DNA of 64,000 bases, from positions 1 to 64,000 of the IMG/VR virus record IMGVR_UViG_3300035390_000014; one strand, written 5' to 3'. This DNA is from a virus (Duplodnaviria; Caudoviricetes). Of this stretch, positions 28,922 through 36,869 are shown in pieces. The translations under genes and the position numbers were made by a program. Position 1 is the first letter of the stretch; each line of letters starts with the position of its first letter. Under the pieces are notes generated by a model. The model had not been told where the DNA came from. It saw only the letters and a program-made list of their open reading frames with translations, and did no database searches.

Positions 28922-30288
28922 TAGTCAACCCTCACAATATATCCTGTTTTATCAAGAGTGCGAATAGTACCACCTTTTTTATCAGATTGAACTACCCAAA
29001 TAATTTTTCTTGGTAAACTTTTCCTTGGAAAATCATTAATATTTTCACAACCACCATCAGTAAAACATAATAATACATCAGGATTTATTTGCTTCGCTCT
29101 CTCAATACCTTCTCTTAAAACAGTTCCGCCTCGACCTTTAACATTAAATTGAATATCAGATACTCGTTTTAATTTATACTCTTTTTGTAAACAAGTGTCA
29201 ACTTCAAGAACTGTTACCTCACAATGTCGATCTTTTTCAATTATGTTCTTACACCCTGAAAGACCTTCTTTAACATCTTCATCATCCATACTTCCAGATG
29301 TATCAATCATGATTACAATTTTAAATGTAAAATCTCTAGTCCTACCGGGGAATGGTGAAATTGATGGTGCAGTTCCATCATCAATAACAAATGCATAAGT
29401 TCTTTTTCTATTTATTCTAGATAAAGATCTTTTAAATTTACTATACCTTGATCCCTTTATCAATTTTTGTATAAGCTGATAATAAGGAACTTTAGGTGGA
29501 GTCAATGCTTTATCAATTAAAGACTGAATATGTCCTGGTAACATACCTCGTCTAGTACTAAAATTCTTAACTGAATCTTTAATTATTTCTTGAATATGAC
29601 CATCTATCTTTCTTGAAAGAGAACTTAAATCAGCAACTTCTTTTTCAACATCACCCCATTTAGAATGATCTCCGATTGTATCATAATCTGATCCATTACC
29701 ACCATGTCCGTCACTAGGTGAACCTTCTCCAGGTTTTCCCTCGCCTTCGCCTTCGCCTTCACCTTCACCACTATCTTTAGATTTATCTTTAGCATCTTTA
29801 AGAAGCTTGTAATAATATTCTTCCGTTGGTCTATCATCTTCCATTTCATATAAATCTGGAAAACAACTTTCCCATGGCTTATCTTGTATAATACACTGTC
29901 TTGGCATATTAATAACTGGATTAACAGCACAATCAGCAGCAGTATTCCATATTCTGGCTTTAGCCATTTTCATTTTATCAATTGGTTCATTTGATAAAAT
30001 TCTAAGTAATCGAGGGATATGTTTATTTAGAACATGCATCCCTTCATGTTCAATTACTTTTTTTAAAACTTCATTAGTAGTACCTTCAAAATATGATGGG
30101 TTGAATAAAAGTTCTATTGTTCCATTTGGTCTTGGAGCAACACCCATTATAGATGGAATATTTGAATCAGAAACTCTTCTTATGCGACTAAAGATGTATC
30201 CAAAATAATTATAAGATATATTTTCATTACCAGGTTTAATCGTCATTTCTGCAATTAAATTTTTTAATCGTTCTCCTGTGCCATTCAA
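28921..30288 (-). CDS. DUF2201-type putative metallopeptidase plus VWA domain protein
   Basis: HEGMH (HExxH), WNTAADCAVN, acidic/Gly linker, MIDAS motif IDTSGSM, GRGGT, FTDG. Confidence 0.88.
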   Translation of the reverse strand: MNGTGERLKNLIAEMTIKPGNENISYNYFGYIFSRIRRVSDSNIPSIMGVAPRPNGTIELLFNPSYFEGTTNEVLKKVIEHEGMHVLNKHIPRLLRILSNEPIDKMKMAKARIWNTAADCAVNPVINMPRQCIIQDKPWESCFPDLYEMEDDRPTEEYYYKLLKDAKDKSKDSGEGEGEGEGEGKPGEGSPSDGHGGNGSDYDTIGDHSKWGDVEKEVADLSSLSRKIDGHIQEIIKDSVKNFSTRRGMLPGHIQSLIDKALTPPKVPYYQLIQKLIKGSRYSKFKRSLSRINRKRTYAFVIDDGTAPSISPFPGRTRDFTFKIVIMIDTSGSMDDEDVKEGLSGCKNIIEKDRHCEVTVLEVDTCLQKEYKLKRVSDIQFNVKGRGGTVLREGIERAKQINPDVLLCFTDGGCENINDFPRKSLPRKIIWVVQSDKKGGTIRTLDKTGYIVRVD

Positions 30289-30299
30289 TATACACCTCT

Positions 30300-31529
30300 T
30301 TAATTTTTATTAGATAATTTTACAATTGCCTCATAGAAATTTGCTTTATAATTAGGTTGCTTCATTAATTCAACATGCATGTTAGTCATGTATTTAAACT
30401 CTTTAGTATTTCTACCAAAAGTATCAATTGAAGTAACAAATATTGCAGAAGCATCTAAAGGTACCGTAGACAAATATTCACCTACATATTCTAATTCTTT
30501 TCCACCTTTTTCATATTTCGGACATTGAGTTGTAAGATAATTAATAAACCCAGTCATTATCTTTGAGATTCCAGCATTATCTTTCTGCTTAACTAATGCT
30601 GTCAATGCTGCTCTAACCTTTGGTAAGTTATAGAATATATCTTTTGGATTAATTTCTTTTCCTTCTCTTGCAAATTCAACAAACATTCTTGCTTTATTTA
30701 CATTTAAAAGTCCAGATGCCAAAGATTCAATTCTTAAAAATTGTTCATTTGTAAAATCACCCTTTCCACCTCTGTCAATTTTATGAAGATGGTGAGATAA
30801 TTTTTCATAACTAGCAGGGTTAGCAAATACAGATCCAATTTTCTGAGCACCAAAATCATATAGAAAATCAGGATTTGCTGAAATAAACTCAATGATTAAT
30901 GGATGAAAATTTGCTACAGCACCATAACTCAAAAAGTCTTTAACACTCACTTCTGTATAAATATGAAGTTGTCTTCTAAGACCGGCTGCATCTTCCATTG
31001 TATCCATTTGATATTCAGAATCATCTGGGTTATCAGTTGTTATAACAAACCAATTCTGAGGAAATGCCTTCAAATGAATTTGGTATTCATTCTGTACTTG
31101 CCAAAACATTTGCTGCAATGAATGATCACCCCTTGAACATTCATCAATAACAAATAGACCATAACTATCTTTATCCTTAGGAACAAAATCAGAATAAAGC
31201 ATTTCAAATTCTCTTTTGCCATTATCAACAACTGGAAATGGAATCATTATATCATCTCTTGATAAAACTGGAGATTTTAACATAATCATTGCAAAGTCTT
31301 TTCCAACAATTTCACTTAACTCATTTTTCAACTGATTACAAATTGCTGTTTTACCTACTCCGGCAGGACCAATTATATGAAAACATTGTCTCTCAATAAA
31401 ATCAAGACCTCTTCCCCAAGCGTCAATTGTATCTACAATGTCTTCTTTAATCAAATCTTTAATTGCACTGATTGATAATACCGGAATATTTAATCTTTCA
31501 AAGTATTTTTGTTCTTCATTATTAGACAT
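30300..31529 (-). CDS. MoxR-like AAA+ ATPase
   Basis: GPAGVGKT, FVIDECSR, TTDNP, LRRQLH; adjacent to the VWA gene. Confidence 0.85.
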   Translation of the reverse strand: MSNNEEQKYFERLNIPVLSISAIKDLIKEDIVDTIDAWGRGLDFIERQCFHIIGPAGVGKTAICNQLKNELSEIVGKDFAMIMLKSPVLSRDDIMIPFPVVDNGKREFEMLYSDFVPKDKDSYGLFVIDECSRGDHSLQQMFWQVQNEYQIHLKAFPQNWFVITTDNPDDSEYQMDTMEDAAGLRRQLHIYTEVSVKDFLSYGAVANFHPLIIEFISANPDFLYDFGAQKIGSVFANPASYEKLSHHLHKIDRGGKGDFTNEQFLRIESLASGLLNVNKARMFVEFAREGKEINPKDIFYNLPKVRAALTALVKQKDNAGISKIMTGFINYLTTQCPKYEKGGKELEYVGEYLSTVPLDASAIFVTSIDTFGRNTKEFKYMTNMHVELMKQPNYKANFYEAIVKLSNKN

Positions 31530-31840
31530 AACATTATTCCTTTCTTTATATAATTCATAAATTTTTCTATAATACCTACTTTTACTTTAAGAGGTATAAA
31601 TAATTTTTCTTTCTCTTCCCGATCTATTTGGTCATAGGCACAACCATAATGAGTAAATCCATTTTCATCATTATAGTCATCTTCCCAATAATATCCAGTT
31701 GCTGCTTCTACTTCTTGTTTTGATCTTTTTATAATTCTACTAGTATAATATTCAATAACTATTGGACACATTTGATCACATATTGGTTTAACTAAACATC
31801 CTTTACATGGATCTTCAAAAGGTAACATAACCCTCTCCAT
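31490..31840 (-). CDS. Cys-motif protein (DPCxxCLVKxxCxxxC)
   Basis: DPCKGCLVKPICDQMC. Confidence 0.55.
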   Translation of the reverse strand: MERVMLPFEDPCKGCLVKPICDQMCPIVIEYYTSRIIKRSKQEVEAATGYYWEDDYNDENGFTHYGCAYDQIDREEKEKLFIPLKVKVGIIEKFMNYIKKGIMLCLIMKNKNTLKD

Positions 31841-31845
31841 TCTAT

Positions 31846-31871
31846 TAGAAGAGGATTATATACCTCTTCTA
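31846..31871 (-). terminator. Hairpin immediately downstream of the putative SSB gene
   Basis: TAGAAGAGG-TATATAAT-CCTCTTCTA, a perfect 9-bp stem. Confidence 0.65.
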
Positions 31872-31872
31872 G

Positions 31873-32814
31873 TTAAAAATTAATATCTTCAAAGTTAAAT
31901 GTTGGTGCCTCTGCTGGAGCTGCTTTAAGTGGAGCTTGTTGAGTATTTCCACCTGCTGCTTGCTGTCCAACATTAGAATCAGGAATAACATTTCCATCTG
32001 GAACTGCCGGAGTTTGATCAGGAGTATATCCAGTAGCTGTATCAGTTCGAGTCCAATCAAATTTTTCATTGAATTTACCCAAAGACTTTTTAGCAATCTC
32101 TAAAACATTAAAGATTGACTGATTATCTAATGGAGCACCAGGGGTGAATGTAAATACATCCTTATCGCCATAAGCAGAAGGAGCTTTAGCCATTCCAACT
32201 GTTGTAACAAATCTTTTATTGTTAACAGCAATCTTTTCAAACTCAAGACTTTCTGGAGATGAAGGTTCAAATAATGGAGCTGTGATATCTTTCTTATAAC
32301 AATCAGCAAGATATTGAGATACATTATTATATTTCATTCCTTTACCTCTAAGGAATATAAATATTGGAGCACCTGTTTCTGCATGAGGAATTGGTTTTCC
32401 AGTTACATCAACATAAATACCTGCCATAATAATTTGCTCTCTACATTGGTTACAAAAAGCATTAGCAGCTCTTTCCGCTGAGTTGGTACCACAAACTCGA
32501 TTATTCCAACCATGCCAAGGAGGCTTTGGTTCTTTCTTAAAACTAAAACATGCAACCTTTGATTTACCTGCTTGATCTGTTTCGTTTTTAACAAGAATCT
32601 TTTTAACATGGGTTATAACCATATTAGCGGAATCTTGATTATATTCAACCCCTCTAATCTGAAGTTTACCACCTTGCTCTGTAACACCAATATGATTTGG
32701 TCTTGAATTACCAGCAATATATAATGAATGGAAAAATTCATCTTCTGGTTTCACTGGTTCTGTACTTTTATATCCTGTGGTTCCAAGGTCCGCATACTCA
32801 TTAAAATCTGCCAT
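31873..32814 (-). CDS. Probable single-stranded DNA-binding protein
   Basis: Beta-rich core with a Cys cluster, low-complexity linker and acidic/aromatic tail (FNFEDINF); replication-gene context. Inference only. Confidence 0.5.
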   Translation of the reverse strand: MADFNEYADLGTTGYKSTEPVKPEDEFFHSLYIAGNSRPNHIGVTEQGGKLQIRGVEYNQDSANMVITHVKKILVKNETDQAGKSKVACFSFKKEPKPPWHGWNNRVCGTNSAERAANAFCNQCREQIIMAGIYVDVTGKPIPHAETGAPIFIFLRGKGMKYNNVSQYLADCYKKDITAPLFEPSSPESLEFEKIAVNNKRFVTTVGMAKAPSAYGDKDVFTFTPGAPLDNQSIFNVLEIAKKSLGKFNEKFDWTRTDTATGYTPDQTPAVPDGNVIPDSNVGQQAAGGNTQQAPLKAAPAEAPTFNFEDINF

Positions 32815-32828
32815 TTTTTTCTCCTAAA

Positions 32829-33401
32829 TTAATTATTTGGTATTAAACAAAAATTTGAAAGATTTCTATCTTCTGGTAATGTAACCAAATTAAATTCTGA
32901 ATTAAACCAGCATTTCATATTTTGATCCAATAACTCTGTTGATAAAAACTTCCTTACGTTTTTATAATTTGGCAATGAAACCAAATTAGGGTCCTCAATT
33001 GTAATAGGAATAACTTTTCTAACTTTTTCATCAGTTATCTTCCCTACTATTAATTTAGGATGTGGGCAATATACAATTACTAATCTATTACCAACCATCC
33101 TAAAAATTTCGTTTTTGTAAAAGAAAACATTTGTATCTAAGTCAAATGCTACAGTATCTGCATTTAAAACTCTTTCAATTGAAGTATGCTGCCTGCATAA
33201 CATTCCAACTTTTTCTGAGCATATAGGACAATCCTTATAATCAATTTTATATTTTAATCCATTAATATGAAAATCGTCTTTCGCTGCTTTTGAAAAATAG
33301 CTTAATATTTTCCTTTTGTTTAATAGAAATTTAATTATTGTAATAGGATAAATATCACAATCTAACTTTTCTACAAACTTTTGTGTTGCAATTAATTTCA
33401 T
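32829..33401 (-). CDS. Hypothetical protein with CPIC...LC...H motif
   Basis: 190-aa ORF with an AAGGA RBS. Confidence 0.6.
   Translation of the reverse strand: MKLIATQKFVEKLDCDIYPITIIKFLLNKRKILSYFSKAAKDDFHINGLKYKIDYKDCPICSEKVGMLCRQHTSIERVLNADTVAFDLDTNVFFYKNEIFRMVGNRLVIVYCPHPKLIVGKITDEKVRKVIPITIEDPNLVSLPNYKNVRKFLSTELLDQNMKCWFNSEFNLVTLPEDRNLSNFCLIPNN
33371..33390. repeat. 20-bp direct repeat, copy 1 (ctacaaacttTtgtgttgca)
   Basis: 19/20 identical to 34109..34128. Confidence 0.8.
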
Positions 33402-33761
33402 ATTTCAATCCTTTTTTTTAAGCGACAAAAAACGACAAAAAGTTTTAGTGTCCATTTAAAACCCATGCAACTAGTCAATGCCCTAAGAATATAACATATA
33501 AATCATAATACAATAAAGTATTAGATAGATATGAAATAAACTTAAGACATCAACTAATTGCATTAGTTTTTGTAAAAGATTTATTTGACGTTAAGATAAT
33601 AATTAGAATATCAAAGACAAGTCTTTAACGTTTAATAAACTAATTACTAACATTGATAAGAATATTATTAATATAAATGATATTATCTATATTAAATTAT
33701 ATCCGATTTTAGACTTAAATTGCAGATAGGTGACAACTGACCTATTACGATTTAACCAAGT

Positions 33762-33929
33762 TCATTTTTTAATTTTTTCTTCTAATCTTTTTAAATCTGT
33801 ATCATTAATTCTAATGCCGATAAATTTACTAATTTCTAATAATTGCTTTAAATCGGCCACATGAAGATAATTTATAATCTTATTCTTTATCTTCGTCACC
33901 AATTGTTTTAATGAACTTTGATTTGCCAT
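33762..33929 (-). CDS. Small helical protein (55 aa; below the ORF-track cutoff)
   Basis: GGAAGGA RBS. Hand translation MANQSSLKQLVTKIKNKIINYLHVADLKQLLEISKFIGIRINDTDLKRLEEKIKK. Confidence 0.65.
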   Translation of the reverse strand: MANQSSLKQLVTKIKNKIINYLHVADLKQLLEISKFIGIRINDTDLKRLEEKIKK

Positions 33930-34060
33930 AGAGTCAGATCCTTCCTTTCCAAGATGAGCGCATTAATATAATCAATTTACCTCCTTTCCGACACAGGATA
34001 AGAATATAAAGAGTTTGTTAAAATCAGAATATGCTATTAACAAATTATATGTTATCCTTA

Positions 34061-34106
34061 TGTGAGTTAAAATTGTGAGTTAATATTGAGTTTTTTGAGA
34101 GTTTTT
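34061..34106. repeat. Four short GAGTT-core repeats at 11-13 bp spacing
   Basis: tgtgagttaa-aat-tgtgagttaa-tat-tgagtttttt-gagagtttttt. Confidence 0.5.
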
Positions 34107-34108
34107 TA

Positions 34109-34128
34109 CTACAAACTTATGTGTTGCA
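34109..34128. repeat. 20-bp direct repeat, copy 2 (ctacaaacttAtgtgttgca)
   Basis: 19/20 identical to 33371..33390; abuts the palindromic motif. Confidence 0.8.
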
Positions 34129-34149
34129 TTATGTATATTAATATATATA
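34129..34149 (-). promoter_or_regulatory. Palindromic AT motif class A (putative early promoter/operator)
   Basis: ttatgtatattaatatatata is identical over 21 bp to 47965..47985; both lie intergenic, upstream of minus-strand units. Confidence 0.6.
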
Positions 34150-34170
34150 GTTCTCTGTTTTAAATAATAA

Positions 34171-34431
34171 TTATGATGTAAGCATAACAGGATTTATATA
34201 ATCATTTAAATTGAATAATAGATTACCTTTCTTGAATCCAGTATCAGCCATAGCAACTCTTTGCTTAACATTTTGAGGCATGTGCATATCATCAATGGTT
34301 ACTATAACTCCACCTTGAAATTTAAAAGTTATGCCATCTGGTGTTTCATCTACAGCCATAATTTCTTTTCTGCTAATAGTAAATTCTACTTTACCTCGTT
34401 TAACAGTTACCATATAATCTTGTTCATCCAT
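34171..34431 (-). CDS. Hypothetical protein
   Basis: 86-aa ORF with a GAGGG RBS. Confidence 0.6.
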   Translation of the reverse strand: MDEQDYMVTVKRGKVEFTISRKEIMAVDETPDGITFKFQGGVIVTIDDMHMPQNVKQRVAMADTGFKKGNLLFNLNDYINPVMLTS

Positions 34432-35023
34432 TTAATTTCCCCTCCGCTATTCGTAAATAAATTAACATTTTCTGTTTTTCGGTTGATGTAATAAACCAAT
34501 CCATAAGATCGTCTTTTATATATGTTCTAAGGAATAAAGAAACCATCTCAGATAAATCACGAGACTTAAGTTGATCTTCTATCTCAATTATCACCTGATC
34601 AGAATTTTTTTCACAGAATTTTTTTACATCAACTTTCCTTAAATCTGTTTTTAAATATCTCCAAACATCTCCAAAAAATTCTATATAATCATAATTTAGA
34701 AATTTTATTAAATCATAAACATTATTCATAGCTAATTGATGATCTAAATCTGGAGCTGGCAAAAATTCAAAATTATACACTTCCAATACTTTATTCAAAA
34801 TATTTAAACATAATCTTCTTTGATCAACAATTTCTTGAGCCTTTATATCATTCTTAACCATTGTATATGTTTCTTTGAATGTAGACGTACCAATGGAACT
34901 AACAAGTTCCATTCCGTCATATTCAATGGAAGCTTCATAATTCAATTTATTTTGATTTGGATCATCTTGTTCTGGTAAAGGCAAAGATGATCCAGTTAAG
35001 ATTTCTAAATTATCTACCGCCAT
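34424..35023 (-). CDS. Hypothetical protein (start reassigned to 35023, MAVDNLEIL...)
   Basis: A GGAGA RBS precedes ATG at 35023. The upstream extension in the track overlaps the previous gene. Confidence 0.6.
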   Translation of the reverse strand: MAVDNLEILTGSSLPLPEQDDPNQNKLNYEASIEYDGMELVSSIGTSTFKETYTMVKNDIKAQEIVDQRRLCLNILNKVLEVYNFEFLPAPDLDHQLAMNNVYDLIKFLNYDYIEFFGDVWRYLKTDLRKVDVKKFCEKNSDQVIIEIEDQLKSRDLSEMVSLFLRTYIKDDLMDWFITSTEKQKMLIYLRIAEGKLNG

Positions 35024-35648
35024 ATTTATCTGTATCTCCACTATTAGCAGCAGATACATTTTTAGCACTAGTTCTATTAGCACCTGTATTAGCTCTAGTA
35101 TTAGTTCTAGTTCTTTCTCCTTGGTATTTATCATATTTATTTTTTAGTTGTTGACCTTTCTTTTTATAATATTGTCCTGCTACTTTTAGCGCTTTACCAC
35201 CTTCGTCCTTTACATATTTGCCAGATGTTTTTAAACTCTTATTGATATTCTTACCAACGGCATTACCCATAGCAGTTGCTTTTTTGTCAAATGCTTCACC
35301 TTTTTTAGCAATAGTTCTACCAGCTTTTTTAATTTTAGATTTAGTTTGATCCCAACCAACCTTAGCTTGTGACATAGGAGTGTTGTTTTTCTTATCAGCA
35401 GCATGCATAGCATCTAGTGCAGTTCTTCTTCGAGCAGTTGCTGTACTATGTTTTGCAGCTTTATTTTTGTCGTATACTTTTTTACCCTGATAAGCAGCAG
35501 CACCGGCAACACCGGCGGCAGCAGCAGCAGTGCCAGCAATGATTTTACCTTTATGATCTCTCCAAAGTTTTTTTGTTGCATCCCATATTTTACCTTCTTG
35601 TAATTCTTCGTCTTGTACCGATTCCAAATATATATCTACCATTTTCAT
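35010..35648 (-). CDS. Putative virion-internal protein: LxE propeptide, Gly/Ala hydrophobic helix, Lys-rich tail
   Basis: YLESVQDEELQE|GKIW; GKIIAGTAAAAAGVAGAAAYQGKK. Confidence 0.5.
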   Translation of the reverse strand: MKMVDIYLESVQDEELQEGKIWDATKKLWRDHKGKIIAGTAAAAAGVAGAAAYQGKKVYDKNKAAKHSTATARRRTALDAMHAADKKNNTPMSQAKVGWDQTKSKIKKAGRTIAKKGEAFDKKATAMGNAVGKNINKSLKTSGKYVKDEGGKALKVAGQYYKKKGQQLKNKYDKYQGERTRTNTRANTGANRTSAKNVSAANSGDTDKYGGR

Positions 35649-35689
35649 AATAAGTAACTCCTTTATTTTAATTAATTATATCATTTATA

Positions 35690-35699
35690 ATATGTTCTA
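35690..35699 (-). promoter_or_regulatory. Motif class B (sense TAGAACATAT), putative late promoter
   Basis: Recurs at 46383, 56890 and 60614, each 28-51 nt upstream of a start codon. Confidence 0.5.
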
Positions 35700-35707
35700 A
35701 TTTTTTT

Positions 35708-36034
35708 TTAATAAAAAATCTTTAATACAGCATTTCCTAAATCTGGGATTCTGTCCATACCCTCTGTTTTCATATCTAATTTATATATAGTATTTAATGT
35801 TTCAACTATACCAGTTTCTCTGTCCAGATTAATTATATAAGTTGACCTCATATGATACCCAGGAACCCACCTACCTGTTGGATCATCTACAACTGTTCCT
35901 GTAAACATAACTGGATAAATTTTATTATCTTTCAATTCAGGAAAATGTTCCCAAAATAAATCCATATGTTCTTCTGGTACTTCTATATGATGTAATTGCC
36001 AATTCTCAATTTTTCCGCCATCTTTCTTATCCAT
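35708..36034 (-). CDS. Hypothetical phage protein
   Basis: 108-aa ORF with an AGGAG RBS. Confidence 0.65.
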   Translation of the reverse strand: MDKKDGGKIENWQLHHIEVPEEHMDLFWEHFPELKDNKIYPVMFTGTVVDDPTGRWVPGYHMRSTYIINLDRETGIVETLNTIYKLDMKTEGMDRIPDLGNAVLKIFY

Positions 36035-36085
36035 TGTATTCTCCTATTCTATATATATTACTTACTAAGTTCCACTTTATGATTA

Positions 36086-36346
36086 TTACTTACTTTTATC
36101 TGATACTTGTTTATTTAATTTTGCTTTCCAATATCTTGAAATTGAATCCTGTTTAGTTGGATTTTTCATTCCTTTAGATTTCCAGTATGCAGCTTTTCCT
36201 GTCTCATGTCTTTTTTTAGCAGCTGGATTATTTTTCATTCTTTGCTTCCAATCGCTTACACTTCCAGTTCTTGCTCTTGCTGCTGCTGTTGCTATTGCTG
36301 ATATTCCCTCAACTACTTCTTTTTTTAGCAATAAATAAAATATCAA
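36086..36346 (-). CDS. Basic ORF with uncertain start (possible frameshift extension of 36309..36866)
   Basis: TTG start without an evident RBS; overlaps the upstream gene at an A7 run. Confidence 0.35.
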   Translation of the reverse strand: MIFYLLLKKEVVEGISAIATAAARARTGSVSDWKQRMKNNPAAKKRHETGKAAYWKSKGMKNPTKQDSISRYWKAKLNKQVSDKSK

Positions 36347-36866
36347 ATATATAAAAAATTAAATCAATCATAAGAAATAAAGCCATATAAACAACAAATG
36401 GAGTACCACCTGCTGCTGAAAAAAATGCAGCGATTACAATACTCAATAGCATATTTACCCATAAATTTTTATTTGCTCGGTCCCAATCTATAACAGTTTT
36501 ATTGATCTGTCTAGCAATAGATTTTATTTGCTTTTCATCTTTGGCTGCAATAGCTACAAGAGATTCTAATGGAGCTTTTATTTTAGCAGGCACATTTTTT
36601 AATTCTTTTGCAGCAAATTTTCTCTTTTTTTCATAATTAGGAATATTTTTTTTAGCCGCTTCATCAACTCTTTTAGGATCCATTTTAGGAACATGGGCTG
36701 TAATTTTTTTAAAACTTTCAATATCTTTTACACCTTTTAGTTTAGTAACTAAAGATTTAGCTTTATCACCAATATTTTTTTTAACAAAATCTCCAAATCC
36801 TTCTTGAATTAAATTTAAATCCTCTTGTAAGTAACTTTCCTGTAAATAACTTTGTGTATCAATCAT
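36309..36866 (-). CDS. Putative virion-internal protein: LxE propeptide, helical domain, C-terminal TM hairpin
   Basis: YLQESYLQEDLNLIQE|GFG; two C-terminal hydrophobic helices. Confidence 0.5.
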   Translation of the reverse strand: MIDTQSYLQESYLQEDLNLIQEGFGDFVKKNIGDKAKSLVTKLKGVKDIESFKKITAHVPKMDPKRVDEAAKKNIPNYEKKRKFAAKELKNVPAKIKAPLESLVAIAAKDEKQIKSIARQINKTVIDWDRANKNLWVNMLLSIVIAAFFSAAGGTPFVVYMALFLMIDLIFYIFDILFIAKKRSS

Positions 36867-36869
36867 AAT

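Noticed and set aside
29738-29770. (gccttc)n microsatellite
   Set aside because: It encodes the GEGEGEGEG linker of the VWA protein; ordinary low-complexity coding sequence.
35068-35116. Imperfect ctagt/attag repeats
   Set aside because: They encode the low-complexity RTRTNTRANTGANRTS tail; no array structure.
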